Below are positions 9,893 through 19,543 of a DNA stretch of 64,000 bases, one piece after another. The stretch covers positions 2,176,001 to 2,240,000 of the forward strand of contig CP084166.1 in NCBI GenBank assembly GCA_021513695.1, read 5' to 3'. The notes under the pieces were generated by a model. It worked only from the letters and a program-made list of their open reading frames with translations. It did no database searches and was not told where the DNA came from. Positions within the stretch are counted from its first letter, which is position 1. Every line of letters begins with the position of its first letter. The position numbers were made by a program, and so were the translations under genes. The stretch is from Candidatus Heimdallarchaeum aukensis. GTDB lineage: Archaea > Asgardarchaeota > Heimdallarchaeia > Heimdallarchaeales > Heimdallarchaeaceae.

Positions 9893-9952
9893 CTTTCTTC
9901 TAGTATCCTTCCCAAAAGATATAAAGCACACAACCTTATCTAAAAACAACAA

Positions 9953-10777
9953 ATGAATGCTAATGATATAACTGTTTCTCAAAAATTAAAAAAATTAAAA
10001 CAAGAACTACAACTCATATTATCTGTTATGAATGAGGCCTATCAATTATTTCATGATCAAATCAATAAAGGACTTCAAACAAAATATAAAGCAGTTGATG
10101 ATCCAGTTACAATCTTGGATCTACTAATTGATGAATTTCTAAAAAGAAAACTTTTGACATTATTTCCTGATTACGGATGGTTATCTGAAGAAACAAAAGA
10201 TGATATAAAGAGATTAGAAAAAAAACAAGTTTTCATTGTTGATCCAATTGATGGAACAAGAGAATTAATACTCGGTTTACCAGAATATGCAATATCAGTA
10301 GCATTAGTTGAAGATAACTACCCAACTATTGGTGTGGTTTTAAATCCTGCAACAGGAGAAATTTATTATGCAATTAAAGGTTTTGGGGCTTTTCTGAATG
10401 GTAAACAAATTACTACTAGACCACATTCAGAAAATAAACCAATTATTATAGTTAGTCGTTCTGATGAGAAAAAAGGTAAATTTGAATTCTTAAAAAACAA
10501 AGCAGAAATCATGCCAGTTGGTTCAAGTGCTTATAAACTCTCACGATTAGCAAAAGGAGACGCAGATGCTGCTCTCACATTTCACCCTATGCATGAATGG
10601 GATATTGCTGCAGGTTTGTTAATTGCAGAAGAAGCAGGAGCAATTGTAACTAGTGTTGATGGAAAGAGTTTCACTTTTAATCGTTCTATAAACACTAAAA
10701 TAGACTCTTTTCTCGCAGTAACAAAAGAAAAAGAAAAAGAAATTAAACAGTTATTAAAGTATAAAAAAGAGAATTAG
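9953..10777 (+). CDS. Inositol-monophosphatase family protein (archaeal IMPase/FBPase-type)
   Basis: The 274-aa ORF contains WLSEET, FIVDPIDGTRE and WDIAAGLLIAEEAGA, the IMPase metal-binding and catalytic motifs. Confidence 0.75.
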   Translation: MNANDITVSQKLKKLKQELQLILSVMNEAYQLFHDQINKGLQTKYKAVDDPVTILDLLIDEFLKRKLLTLFPDYGWLSEETKDDIKRLEKKQVFIVDPIDGTRELILGLPEYAISVALVEDNYPTIGVVLNPATGEIYYAIKGFGAFLNGKQITTRPHSENKPIIIVSRSDEKKGKFEFLKNKAEIMPVGSSAYKLSRLAKGDADAALTFHPMHEWDIAAGLLIAEEAGAIVTSVDGKSFTFNRSINTKIDSFLAVTKEKEKEIKQLLKYKKEN

Positions 10778-11973
10778 AAGAAGGTGGGCTCATCTTCAAA
10801 AGTTCTTTTTGGAGTTTCCATTTCCATTGTTTCGCTTGCTGAAAGAATCTCAATTAATTCATAGGCTGAAGTCCCCATATTCATTTTTTCTCCCACCTGA
10901 ACGACCTCATAAGGATCCTTATATGGCCCATGTACCCTTGTGAAGGGGTGTAAATCTGGTGTTGTAAGATCTATATGCTTGATATAGGGAGGAATGTTTT
11001 TTTCGATTAATCCTTCTTTTTTTATTAAATCCAAGGAGGCGGTTTCAATAGCAATTATATCAGTTGAACCAAGAACACCAATATCATTAACTATGGGTGG
11101 TTGTCCCATTCCAAGACAATCACAATAAGTTGTAATATCTAGAAGAAAATTCATGAAGAAAACTTTTTCCTTGTCAAAGCTTTTAAGCACCTCATTAGCA
11201 GCTATTGCCATCATTTCTTGGAAAGCACTATAAGCTTCTCTTGGTAATTTTACAGCTCCAAGCCCTTGATCTATTTCTAAACATCTCATGCATTGATGAC
11301 AATCATGATAGTTCCTTCGTAGTTTATGTTTCTCCTCATTATAACTTAATGCGTGATATGGACATTCAGCAACTAGTTTTTTTGCTAATTCTGGAGTAAG
11401 TTTGTCTGGGTCATACATATCGTAAGCGTAATTTACTCCATGTATCTTTTTCCAACGTGTAGGCCCGGAATATCCTCCAAGAGCTAAGTTTTTTATTGCT
11501 CCACCGAAACCACACGCTCCATGCCCCTTAACATGAGATAAATCAACAAGCACATCTGCATCTTCAAGAGCCCCTGCCATACTTAAACTATCAACGTTTA
11601 GGAAATCTATTTTTTTCTCTTTGACATAGCCATCCTTTACCCCTGAAATAGGTATAATAGGGCATCCACATGTGTATTCAGTGTACCCACGATTAACTGC
11701 ATTATAAACTGAAGTGGGGTTATCAGTAATAAAAGGATAAGCACCTGTTTTTTTGATTCTTTCAACTATTCTTCTGACAAAAAAAACAGGAATTGTCTGA
11801 TAACCATCTCTAAATCCCAAATGCATTTTTATTGCTACTTTATCTTTTTTTTCAATTTTTATTTCTTCGATTAGTTTTTCAGTAATTATATCTACTTTTG
11901 CAGCAAAAGAAGCAAAACGAGCCATTTGACCTTGTTGAATTGAACCAAAATAAACCTTAGCTTTTTCTGACAT
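10774..11973 (-). CDS. DUF362-domain protein with an embedded 4Fe-4S ferredoxin-type motif
   Basis: The 399-aa ORF contains KGHGACGFGGAIKNLALG (the DUF362 core) plus CHQCMRC...CPYHAL (CxxCxxC...CP). Confidence 0.55.
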   Translation of the reverse strand: MSEKAKVYFGSIQQGQMARFASFAAKVDIITEKLIEEIKIEKKDKVAIKMHLGFRDGYQTIPVFFVRRIVERIKKTGAYPFITDNPTSVYNAVNRGYTEYTCGCPIIPISGVKDGYVKEKKIDFLNVDSLSMAGALEDADVLVDLSHVKGHGACGFGGAIKNLALGGYSGPTRWKKIHGVNYAYDMYDPDKLTPELAKKLVAECPYHALSYNEEKHKLRRNYHDCHQCMRCLEIDQGLGAVKLPREAYSAFQEMMAIAANEVLKSFDKEKVFFMNFLLDITTYCDCLGMGQPPIVNDIGVLGSTDIIAIETASLDLIKKEGLIEKNIPPYIKHIDLTTPDLHPFTRVHGPYKDPYEVVQVGEKMNMGTSAYELIEILSASETMEMETPKRTFEDEPTFF

Positions 11974-12082
11974 ATTATTCTTTACTCTTTTTCTTTAATA
12001 AACTCTTCGATAAATATTGTTTTTTAACGAAATTCTATATTGAAGAATATTAGATAAAAAATAAAAAGAATGAAGAAATAGT

Positions 12083-12661
12083 TTAAAAAGCTAACTTTGA
12101 GCCACAGTTAATGCAAAATTGAGCATCTTCTGGATTTTTGTGACCACAAAAAGGACAATAATATTCAATTTTTGTATTGTCTAATGATGCAGCAATTTGC
12201 TCTGCATGATGTTTGGTTGGGATCTTACTAAACACATCACTTTTTTGATATTGAACATTTTCTCCAAGTAACACCTCACCAGATTGTGCATCATACTTAT
12301 ATTGAAGTTTGCCCTTTATCCTTAAATGAAATAAAATTCTTATTAGTTCGTTTTCTCTTATTCCCAATTCTTTTGACATCGTTTCAATTCTAATTTTGTT
12401 GCTTGTTTGAGTAGAGATATACGCAAGAACCGCGTTTCTCATTCGATTATCATTAATCATTTCACTAATTGTTCCAGTAAACATAAAGAATGCAGGGATA
12501 AAAAGCCAGTAACCCCAATTTCTTAAACCAATAAAGTCAATATTCATCTTTTGAAAAATTAGTGAGAGTATTCCGACAGATGTGAAAAATAATGCTGTAC
12601 TTAGTGCAGAATAATTGCCTTTATAGCTCTTTTTGTAATAGTATCTAACTTTTGTCATCAA
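12083..12661 (-). CDS. Membrane protein with a C-terminal zinc ribbon
   Basis: The 192-aa ORF has 2-3 N-terminal TM helices and a C-terminal YYCPFCGHKNPEDAQFCINCGSKL. Confidence 0.4.
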   Translation of the reverse strand: MMTKVRYYYKKSYKGNYSALSTALFFTSVGILSLIFQKMNIDFIGLRNWGYWLFIPAFFMFTGTISEMINDNRMRNAVLAYISTQTSNKIRIETMSKELGIRENELIRILFHLRIKGKLQYKYDAQSGEVLLGENVQYQKSDVFSKIPTKHHAEQIAASLDNTKIEYYCPFCGHKNPEDAQFCINCGSKLAF

Positions 12662-12716
12662 GCTTAATAGTTATATCATTCTAATAAACGTTGACTTTTG
12701 GAAAAAAGAAAAAGAG

Positions 12717-14582
12717 CTAAATTCTTCTATCTATAAAATCTAACATCGCTTTGAATGTCCTGATTCTAAAATTGGGGTCACTGTATCCTCCATGACCAAT
12801 ATCACCAAACTCTATGTATTCATATGTTTTGCTCCCTTCTTTTCCTTCTCTCCACCCATTTCCCTTCAATTTTTCAATAAAAACTCTTGCTTGTGAAATA
12901 GGGCATCGAGGGTCGTTTTTTCCATGAATTATTAATAATGGACAACTCAAGTTTTGGGCATAATTAACAGGAGAACGCTCTTCATACAGTTTACTCTCCT
13001 CACTTGGTTTTCCTAAAAGTGAGTGCATATAATACTTAAAGTGGGGCATACTTTCGTTATATAATAATTTCCAATCTGTTATTCCTACTGACGCTACCCC
13101 TAATTTCCACATATCTGGCTTCTTTGTCGTTGCTAGATAAGTCATGTAACCCCCATATGAAGATCCAAAAATGCCAATTCGATTCTTATCAACAAATTCT
13201 AAACTTTTCAGATACTCTGCTCCAGCTACAATATCTTCTAAATCACCTCCACCTATGTCTTTGACGTTAAGTTCCCTAAATCGTTTTCCATATCCTGTAC
13301 TCCCGCGAAAATTAGGTCGTAAAAGAACATAACCTTTATTCACTAGTATTTGTGAAAAAATACTAAATGTTCTTAATACTTGAGCTGTTGGCCCTCCATG
13401 AACCTCAATGAGTGCTGGAAGTTTTTCACCTTTTTGAATATTTTTTGGTTTGTATAGAATTGCTCCTATAGTTAATCCGTCTTTGGAACGGTACTCAACA
13501 TATTCGTCCTCTACAAAAATTGATTTGTCAATTTCACCAATGTGGGCTGGTATAAGTTCCATTATTTCCTCATTTTCCAAATTATAAGAAACTAATGAAC
13601 TTGGGGACGTAGATGAATTTAATCTCAAAATAAGGTTTTTTCCATCAGCTGTTAACTTTGGTCCTGATACTACTCCAGGCGGAAAGTTTAGTGCCAGCTC
13701 TTCTCCTGAATCAATTCTATAAATTACAGGGCGAATGGTTGCCTTATAATTTCGAAGAGCAATTAAATATTTATTATCTCTTGAGATTTCAACAGCAAAT
13801 TCCTCGTATTTATTATCACCAAAAAATATTGATTCTTCAGTTTCAATATTAAAAATTCCTGCTTGAATATTACCTTTATAATCTGAAGAAATAGCTAAAA
13901 GTTTCCCATCTTCTGAAATATCACTTATTCCTTCCCTAGATCCTTCTCCTTTACTCAAAAGTTTCCTTTGTTCTGAACCATCAGTATTCATGATCCAAAC
14001 ATCAAGATTCTGCATGTTTTTTGTGTCATTATAGCCAAAAATAATAAAATCGTTTGTAGGAGACCATTTTATTCCTCCCATAACAGGTTTATTAAATCTG
14101 GTCAATTCAGTTACTTCTTTACTATTAAGATCTAATCTAAAAAGATTCATCTGACCGTTTCGAGTACTCCTAAAAAGCAAATATCTTCCATCAGGGCTTG
14201 TATCGACAGCATGTTCTTGAAAATTGGGTGTATCTGTTAATTGCTTTACTTCTTTTGTTGTGACGTTTAAAACAAAAAGATCATGTTTTTCATTACCATC
14301 TTTATCTTTTGCAAAGATTATCTCTTCGTCATTTCTTGTCCATACATATCCAGAACGAGGAGTCTTAGGTAATTCTCCTTCTGTTATTTGTTGAAGCTTC
14401 TTTGTTTCTAAATCTAAAAGATAGAATTCAACTCTGCCTGTTTTATCCCAGTAAAAAGAAACTTTATCTTTTGAATTATTTAACTTTACAAAAGAAAATT
14501 GAGGAATTCGGGATAATTTTTCCAAAATTTTCTCTAACATACTTGCATTGCTTATTATCTGTTGAAAAGTTTTTTTATTCAT
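12717..14582 (-). CDS. S9 family serine peptidase (prolyl oligopeptidase/acylaminoacyl-peptidase type) with an N-terminal beta-propeller
   Basis: The 621-aa ORF has an N-terminal WD40/TolB-like repeat region. The C-terminal alpha/beta hydrolase has GSSYGGYMT (the nucleophile elbow GxSxG) and downstream Asp and His (GDIGHGG). Confidence 0.75.
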   Translation of the reverse strand: MNKKTFQQIISNASMLEKILEKLSRIPQFSFVKLNNSKDKVSFYWDKTGRVEFYLLDLETKKLQQITEGELPKTPRSGYVWTRNDEEIIFAKDKDGNEKHDLFVLNVTTKEVKQLTDTPNFQEHAVDTSPDGRYLLFRSTRNGQMNLFRLDLNSKEVTELTRFNKPVMGGIKWSPTNDFIIFGYNDTKNMQNLDVWIMNTDGSEQRKLLSKGEGSREGISDISEDGKLLAISSDYKGNIQAGIFNIETEESIFFGDNKYEEFAVEISRDNKYLIALRNYKATIRPVIYRIDSGEELALNFPPGVVSGPKLTADGKNLILRLNSSTSPSSLVSYNLENEEIMELIPAHIGEIDKSIFVEDEYVEYRSKDGLTIGAILYKPKNIQKGEKLPALIEVHGGPTAQVLRTFSIFSQILVNKGYVLLRPNFRGSTGYGKRFRELNVKDIGGGDLEDIVAGAEYLKSLEFVDKNRIGIFGSSYGGYMTYLATTKKPDMWKLGVASVGITDWKLLYNESMPHFKYYMHSLLGKPSEESKLYEERSPVNYAQNLSCPLLIIHGKNDPRCPISQARVFIEKLKGNGWREGKEGSKTYEYIEFGDIGHGGYSDPNFRIRTFKAMLDFIDRRI

Positions 14583-14782
14583 TTATAATTCAATCCCTTC
14601 CAATAATTTGTTCAATAATTTTGTAATTATTATTGAATATAAAAACGGAACAATTTCTTTGGATTCATTTCTTTCTGTAAAATGGGGCTAGGCTTTGGAA
14701 AACTTCGTTACAAAAATTTTTATAGTAGTGCCGTTGTTTAACTCTCAACCGTTATATCTATTTCATCTATGGTGTTATTATT

Positions 14783-17700
14783 ATGTTAGCTAATGTAGGG
14801 ATCAATATAGGTTCTGTGTCCGTAAATTTTGTTTTCGTAGACACAGATGGAACAATCCATAAATGTAAAAAACCTCATATGGGAAAACCACAAGAAGTAT
14901 TAACTGAAATTATTAAAGAGAATATTCCTGAAAGCAAAAAGTGCGCTTTTGCTACTTCTGGGTCTTTTGGTAACATATCAGAGATTGCAGCTATTGAGAG
15001 AGGGTTAAAATCATATCCTGATGAAAAATTTGATATTGTTTTATCTTTAGGTGGAGAATCTTTTGTTTTATATGTTATAGATGAGGAAAATAATATTGTT
15101 AATATTTTATCGCATGACAAGTGTGCTGCTGGTAGCGGAGAATTTTTCCTTCAACAGATAGGTAGGTTAGGTCTGTCCTTAAATGAGGCAATAGAACGAG
15201 CAAAAAATGGAAAAAAAATTCAGTTGGCCTCTCGCTGTTCAGTTCACTGTAAATCTGATATAACTCATAAGTTAAATAAGGGTGAAGCATCGATCGATGA
15301 TATCCTTACTTCTGTTTTATCAAGTATGGTGAATAAAGTCTTACATCTAATTATGCAATCGCGAGTGAACGTGAAAAGATTATTAGTAATTGGAGGAGTA
15401 ACTCTTAATGATACTTTTGTTCAACTATTAAGGGAGGAATTACCAGATGTTGATGTTGTAATCAAAGATGTAAGTAGTGTTTTTGAAGCATATGGAGCAT
15501 CATTAATGGTTAGTGATAATCCTCTATCATTTCCAAACAAACCTGTATTAAAAACAGAAAAAAGTTTTGCAACTCTTCCTCCATTAAAAGAATTTAGAGA
15601 GCAAGTAACAATCATAGAACCTAAACCTCCAAAAACAGATTTTGATGAATCGACAATATTTGTATTAGGTGTTGATGTTGGTTCTACGACAACAAAAGCC
15701 GTTTTAATGGATTATTCGGATAATGAAATTGTTGCTTCCTATTATGGTCGAACTCAAGGGAATCCAGTAAACGCGGCAAAGAAGTGTATTACAGAAATAA
15801 TAAAACAAGTCGGAAATCAAAGGGTACAGTTGATTGGTGTAACTGGCTCTGGCAGACAAATTGTTGGCGCTTATCTGGGCACTCCAGCTATATACAATGA
15901 GATATCAGCTCATTCAACAGGTGCAGTTCATTTTGATGATGAGGTTGATACAATTTTCGAGATTGGAGGACAAGATTCAAAATATATGCTAATTAAAAAT
16001 GGAGTTCCTATAGATTATGCGATGAATGCAAGTTGTTCTGCAGGAACAGGTTCCTTTTTAGAAGAATGCTCAAAAGGAGATCTAGGAATATCTGTTTATG
16101 ATATCGCTTCTGTAGCAATGCAAGCAGAAAACCCTGTTCGTTTTAAAGCTGATTGTGCTGCTTTCATAAATTCAGATATTCGTACTGCTCTTCAAGAGGG
16201 GTATAGCCGTACAGATATAGTAGGAGGTTTAGTTTACTCTATTGTAAATAATTATGTTGAAAAAGTTAAGGGGTCGCGAGAAGTAGGTAAAAAGATCTTC
16301 TTTCAAGGAGGAGTTGCTAAAAACACATCTGTGGGTTACGCATTTGCACAAGCAACTGGAAAACATATTATTATACCTCCAAATCCCGAATTGGTGGGAG
16401 CTTTTGGTGTTGCACTAATTGCAAAAGAGAAGTATGAACTTAATGAAATTGGATTAATGCCAGAAAATACTTCTCTTGAGCATCTTATAAAAGAAGAAAT
16501 GAAGCATCTTGGACATTTTATTTGTAAAGCTTGTAACAACTATTGTCAAATTGAGAGATATGAGGTGGGTGGTAGGCGCTTTCCATTTGGAGGACGATGT
16601 AGTAGGTATGAACACCAATGGCGTAGAACTGAAAAAATAAAAGAGAAAGAGGATTTAGTTCAAAAGAGAAATGACCTCATTTTTGAAAATGTTATAGAAG
16701 AGACAAAAACAAATACAAATACTGAGAAAATAGGTATACCTCGAGCATTGTTAACTCATAGCCTTTTCCCTCTTTATTCTACTTTCTTCAAAGAAATTGG
16801 TTTTGAAGTTGTTCTCTCATCCATTGATGAAGAAAAAGAATTGTTAACTAATGCTCCATTCTGTTATCCAGTTCAAATTTTACACGGAGCAGTAAATGAT
16901 CTAATCAAAAAGGGAATAAAATTAATATTTTTACCACATATCAGAAGTTTGCCAAAGAATAAATCCTGGTTTGATTCTACTTTCTGTCCAATAACACAAG
17001 GAAGCTCCTATTATATTCCTACAACGTTTTCTCCAGTTGAAATACTGAATCCAGTATTAGATTTTGAGGAAGGATACGAATACGATACTTCATTAGTTGA
17101 TTATGTCGTGAAAAAACTTGGTATACCAAAGTCCAAAGCTAATCGTGCCTATATACATGCCGTAAAAAAACAAAAAAAGGTTGAACAACAATTTATTGAG
17201 TGGGGAAAAGAAGCACTTAAGAAACTAGACGAAACAAATGAAACAGCTATAGTGCTAGTCGGAAGAAGTTATAATGCATTTCCACCTGAAACATCACAGC
17301 TGATTCCAAAAAAACTGGCAAGTATGGGTGTAACTGTTATTCCTTTCGATTTTCTTGAAAAAGTAGAAAGCGAAGAAGACATTCCTTGGTACTTCATCAA
17401 TTATATTAACATTGCTGCAGATCTTGTACAAAAGAAGAAAAACTTGTTTTTATTATATATTACAAACTTTAGTTGTACCATTGATGGATTTAATCAACAA
17501 CTAGTAAGAACAAAGATGAAATCTAAACCCTATTTGATATTAGAGTTAGATGCCCACACAGCTGATGCGGGAACACAAACTAGACTAGAAGCTTTTCTTG
17601 AGATAATTAAAAATTATCGGGCTGTAGAAAAGCAAGAAGAAGAAAAAGAGTTTAAAGTTTGTCAAGTCAAAAGAAGAAATGGAAAAACTGTTGTTTTCAC

Positions 17701-18970
17701 TTCAAAAGGTGAAATGTTAAGCATTAGAGACCCAAGAGTAAAACTTTATTTTCCAAGTTTTTCAAAATACCATACTGATGCTTTAAGTAAAGTCTTTAGT
17801 CTCCTAGGTTATAATACAGGTAAAGTTACAGATATTAGACTAGATTATCCTGTAACTGGATTACAGTACAGTTCTGGAAAAGAATGCATACCTCTGGCGG
17901 TTGTTTTAGGACATATTTTGCATTTAGTTAAACAAAGAAAGCCAGGAGAAGTAATAGGCTATTATATGATCAGAGGTGGGTCACCTTGTGCTGTTTATAG
18001 TTACTTCCATTATATTGAGCGATTTCTGAAAGAAAATAAGATAGAAGATGTATTTGTTTTCAGATTTGACTACCTTACAAACTTTATGGATACTAGTTTA
18101 TTGGATGTCATGCGTTACTTTCCACAAACACTCATAATTGCTGATTTGATGAATGAGATAGAAAGTGCTCTTCATGTGGTAGGGGATGAGAAAGGTTTAG
18201 AACAATTACATAGTTATTGGAAAGAATATCTAACAGAAGCCAATACGTTAAAGAAATACAAAAAACTTGTTCCTAAACTAGTGGAAAAAATAGCCAGTAT
18301 TGAACGCAAGGGAGATCCTAAAACTTATTCAAAAGTACTAATAAGTGGAGATTTTTATGTTCGTTTTAGTCCATTTTTCATTGGAGAACTAAGGGATATG
18401 TATAAAGTACATGACATTATTGTGAAATCGCATGATCTGTGGGAACTTGTTCTTTATAGTGTTTACAGCACAAAAATAGCTATTGCACAACGATGGAAAA
18501 AAGGTCCAAATAAATTTTCAACCTTAATATATGCATTTTCGAAAATATTTGACAAAAGGGCGCAAACTTATCTTCTCTGCATTTTCTCTATTCCACTACT
18601 TGAATGGATTGAAAAGAGACAACGAAAGGCATTTAGAAAAACGGGTTTACTATACGCTGGTGTTAATAAATTAAAACCCATTTTCCGCTTCTCGAAACCA
18701 TATATCAGTCCATTAATTGTCGGAGAAGCAATACCTACTGTAGGAAAAGGAATCGAAACATTAACACATAATGGGTATGATTCTTTAATTTTAACAGGTC
18801 CAATGAATTGTTTGCCTTATAAAGTCTCTCAAGCAATATTAAAGCCAATATTTCTGGAGAACAGAGTACCTTTCTTAGTCTTTGATGTGGACATCTCTTC
18901 TATGTCAACAAACATGAAACGTTTAGTGCATGCAAATATAGAACAGATAAAAAAGAGAAATATAAATTAG
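14783..18970 (+). CDS. Giant fusion protein: two BadF/BadG/BcrA/BcrD-type ATPase (HgdC-like activase) domains plus a 2-hydroxyacyl-CoA dehydratase-like (HgdB/DUF2229-like) C-terminal module
   Basis: The 1395-aa ORF has a first ATPase domain (GINIGSVSVNFVFVD...DKCAAGSGEFF) and a second (LGVDVGSTTTKAVL...SCSAGTGSFLEE...FFQGGVAKN), then a Cys cluster (CKACNNYCQ...GGRCSRYE). The long C-terminal region has dehydratase-component-like topology. Confidence 0.6.
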   Translation: MLANVGINIGSVSVNFVFVDTDGTIHKCKKPHMGKPQEVLTEIIKENIPESKKCAFATSGSFGNISEIAAIERGLKSYPDEKFDIVLSLGGESFVLYVIDEENNIVNILSHDKCAAGSGEFFLQQIGRLGLSLNEAIERAKNGKKIQLASRCSVHCKSDITHKLNKGEASIDDILTSVLSSMVNKVLHLIMQSRVNVKRLLVIGGVTLNDTFVQLLREELPDVDVVIKDVSSVFEAYGASLMVSDNPLSFPNKPVLKTEKSFATLPPLKEFREQVTIIEPKPPKTDFDESTIFVLGVDVGSTTTKAVLMDYSDNEIVASYYGRTQGNPVNAAKKCITEIIKQVGNQRVQLIGVTGSGRQIVGAYLGTPAIYNEISAHSTGAVHFDDEVDTIFEIGGQDSKYMLIKNGVPIDYAMNASCSAGTGSFLEECSKGDLGISVYDIASVAMQAENPVRFKADCAAFINSDIRTALQEGYSRTDIVGGLVYSIVNNYVEKVKGSREVGKKIFFQGGVAKNTSVGYAFAQATGKHIIIPPNPELVGAFGVALIAKEKYELNEIGLMPENTSLEHLIKEEMKHLGHFICKACNNYCQIERYEVGGRRFPFGGRCSRYEHQWRRTEKIKEKEDLVQKRNDLIFENVIEETKTNTNTEKIGIPRALLTHSLFPLYSTFFKEIGFEVVLSSIDEEKELLTNAPFCYPVQILHGAVNDLIKKGIKLIFLPHIRSLPKNKSWFDSTFCPITQGSSYYIPTTFSPVEILNPVLDFEEGYEYDTSLVDYVVKKLGIPKSKANRAYIHAVKKQKKVEQQFIEWGKEALKKLDETNETAIVLVGRSYNAFPPETSQLIPKKLASMGVTVIPFDFLEKVESEEDIPWYFINYINIAADLVQKKKNLFLLYITNFSCTIDGFNQQLVRTKMKSKPYLILELDAHTADAGTQTRLEAFLEIIKNYRAVEKQEEEKEFKVCQVKRRNGKTVVFTSKGEMLSIRDPRVKLYFPSFSKYHTDALSKVFSLLGYNTGKVTDIRLDYPVTGLQYSSGKECIPLAVVLGHILHLVKQRKPGEVIGYYMIRGGSPCAVYSYFHYIERFLKENKIEDVFVFRFDYLTNFMDTSLLDVMRYFPQTLIIADLMNEIESALHVVGDEKGLEQLHSYWKEYLTEANTLKKYKKLVPKLVEKIASIERKGDPKTYSKVLISGDFYVRFSPFFIGELRDMYKVHDIIVKSHDLWELVLYSVYSTKIAIAQRWKKGPNKFSTLIYAFSKIFDKRAQTYLLCIFSIPLLEWIEKRQRKAFRKTGLLYAGVNKLKPIFRFSKPYISPLIVGEAIPTVGKGIETLTHNGYDSLILTGPMNCLPYKVSQAILKPIFLENRVPFLVFDVDISSMSTNMKRLVHANIEQIKKRNIN

Positions 18971-19189
18971 TTTACTCTTTTAAAGAAGAAGGTTCCTTTT
19001 TTTCATTTTTTTTAACGAATTGCATAATATACTTTTTTACGCCAAAAGCTAAACTTTTTAGTTAGTGGATGTATTAGGCCAATAGCAGGCCAAAAGCACA
19101 TTTGAATGAATAAAAAATACATTGAATATTGGGTGAGTGGCACAACTTTTCCGCGGTTTTTATATACACAATTCTCATTTATCTGTTGT

Positions 19190-19316
19190 CTTGAGCTAGA
19201 TGCTTAAAGACGTAGGTTATCTGTCCTACGACACCCGGTCTTCCCTCTGGGAGTGATGAGTGTCCGGGATCAGGAGATGAAGCCGTTAGGGAATACTATT
19301 ACAGACTGTGTCTTTG
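19190..19316. ncRNA. Candidate structured ncRNA: a GC-rich island in an AT-rich convergent intergenic region, preceded by a TATA-like box
   Basis: A TTTTATATA box at about 19158-19167 lies about 25 bp upstream. The segment is locally above 50% GC, with hairpins CGTAGG...CCTACG and CCCGG...CCGGG. It has no coding potential. The strand is unresolved. Confidence 0.25.
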
Positions 19317-19407
19317 TGTTCTCTTAGCCCAGTCCTCACAAATATCTAAATGTTTGTTGACTGGTCGGGTAGAGTCCTGAAGAAATTACGTAAAATTTCA
19401 ACTCATA
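19317..19407. repeat. Copy 1 of a duplicated ~90-nt noncoding element (the second copy is at 47893-47980)
   Basis: tgttctcttaGCCCAGTCCTCACAA...GGGTAGAGTCCTGAAGAAAtTACgTAAAATTTCAACTCATA is about 80% identical to 47893-47980 across about 90 nt. Indels break any shared reading frame. Confidence 0.5.
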
Positions 19408-19543
19408 AACTGTATCTAAACTTTACAATAAACAAGATGTCTCATAGCGTTTTCTTTTGCCTTCCTTTTTTATCTCTTTGTCTCTAAATTCAACTTAAAC
19501 AAAAGAATTTACAAAAAAAAGAAAGGAAAAAACTAATAATCTT

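Noticed and set aside
19195-19316. SRP RNA or RNase P RNA assignment for the GC-rich island
   Set aside because: The GC-rich segment is only about 125 nt. The universally conserved SRP helix-8 motif (GGAAG..AGCAGC) and RNase P P4/CR regions (AGGAAAGUCCGGGC, ACAGAA) are not present beyond a partial GUCCGGG. It is kept only as a generic ncRNA candidate.
19245-19385. Possible C/D box sRNA (GUGAUGA at 19253 and CUGA at about 19375)
   Set aside because: The C and D boxes are about 120 nt apart, with no convincing internal D'/C' pair at the 12-nt guide spacing expected for archaeal C/D sRNAs. The motif matches are probably chance.
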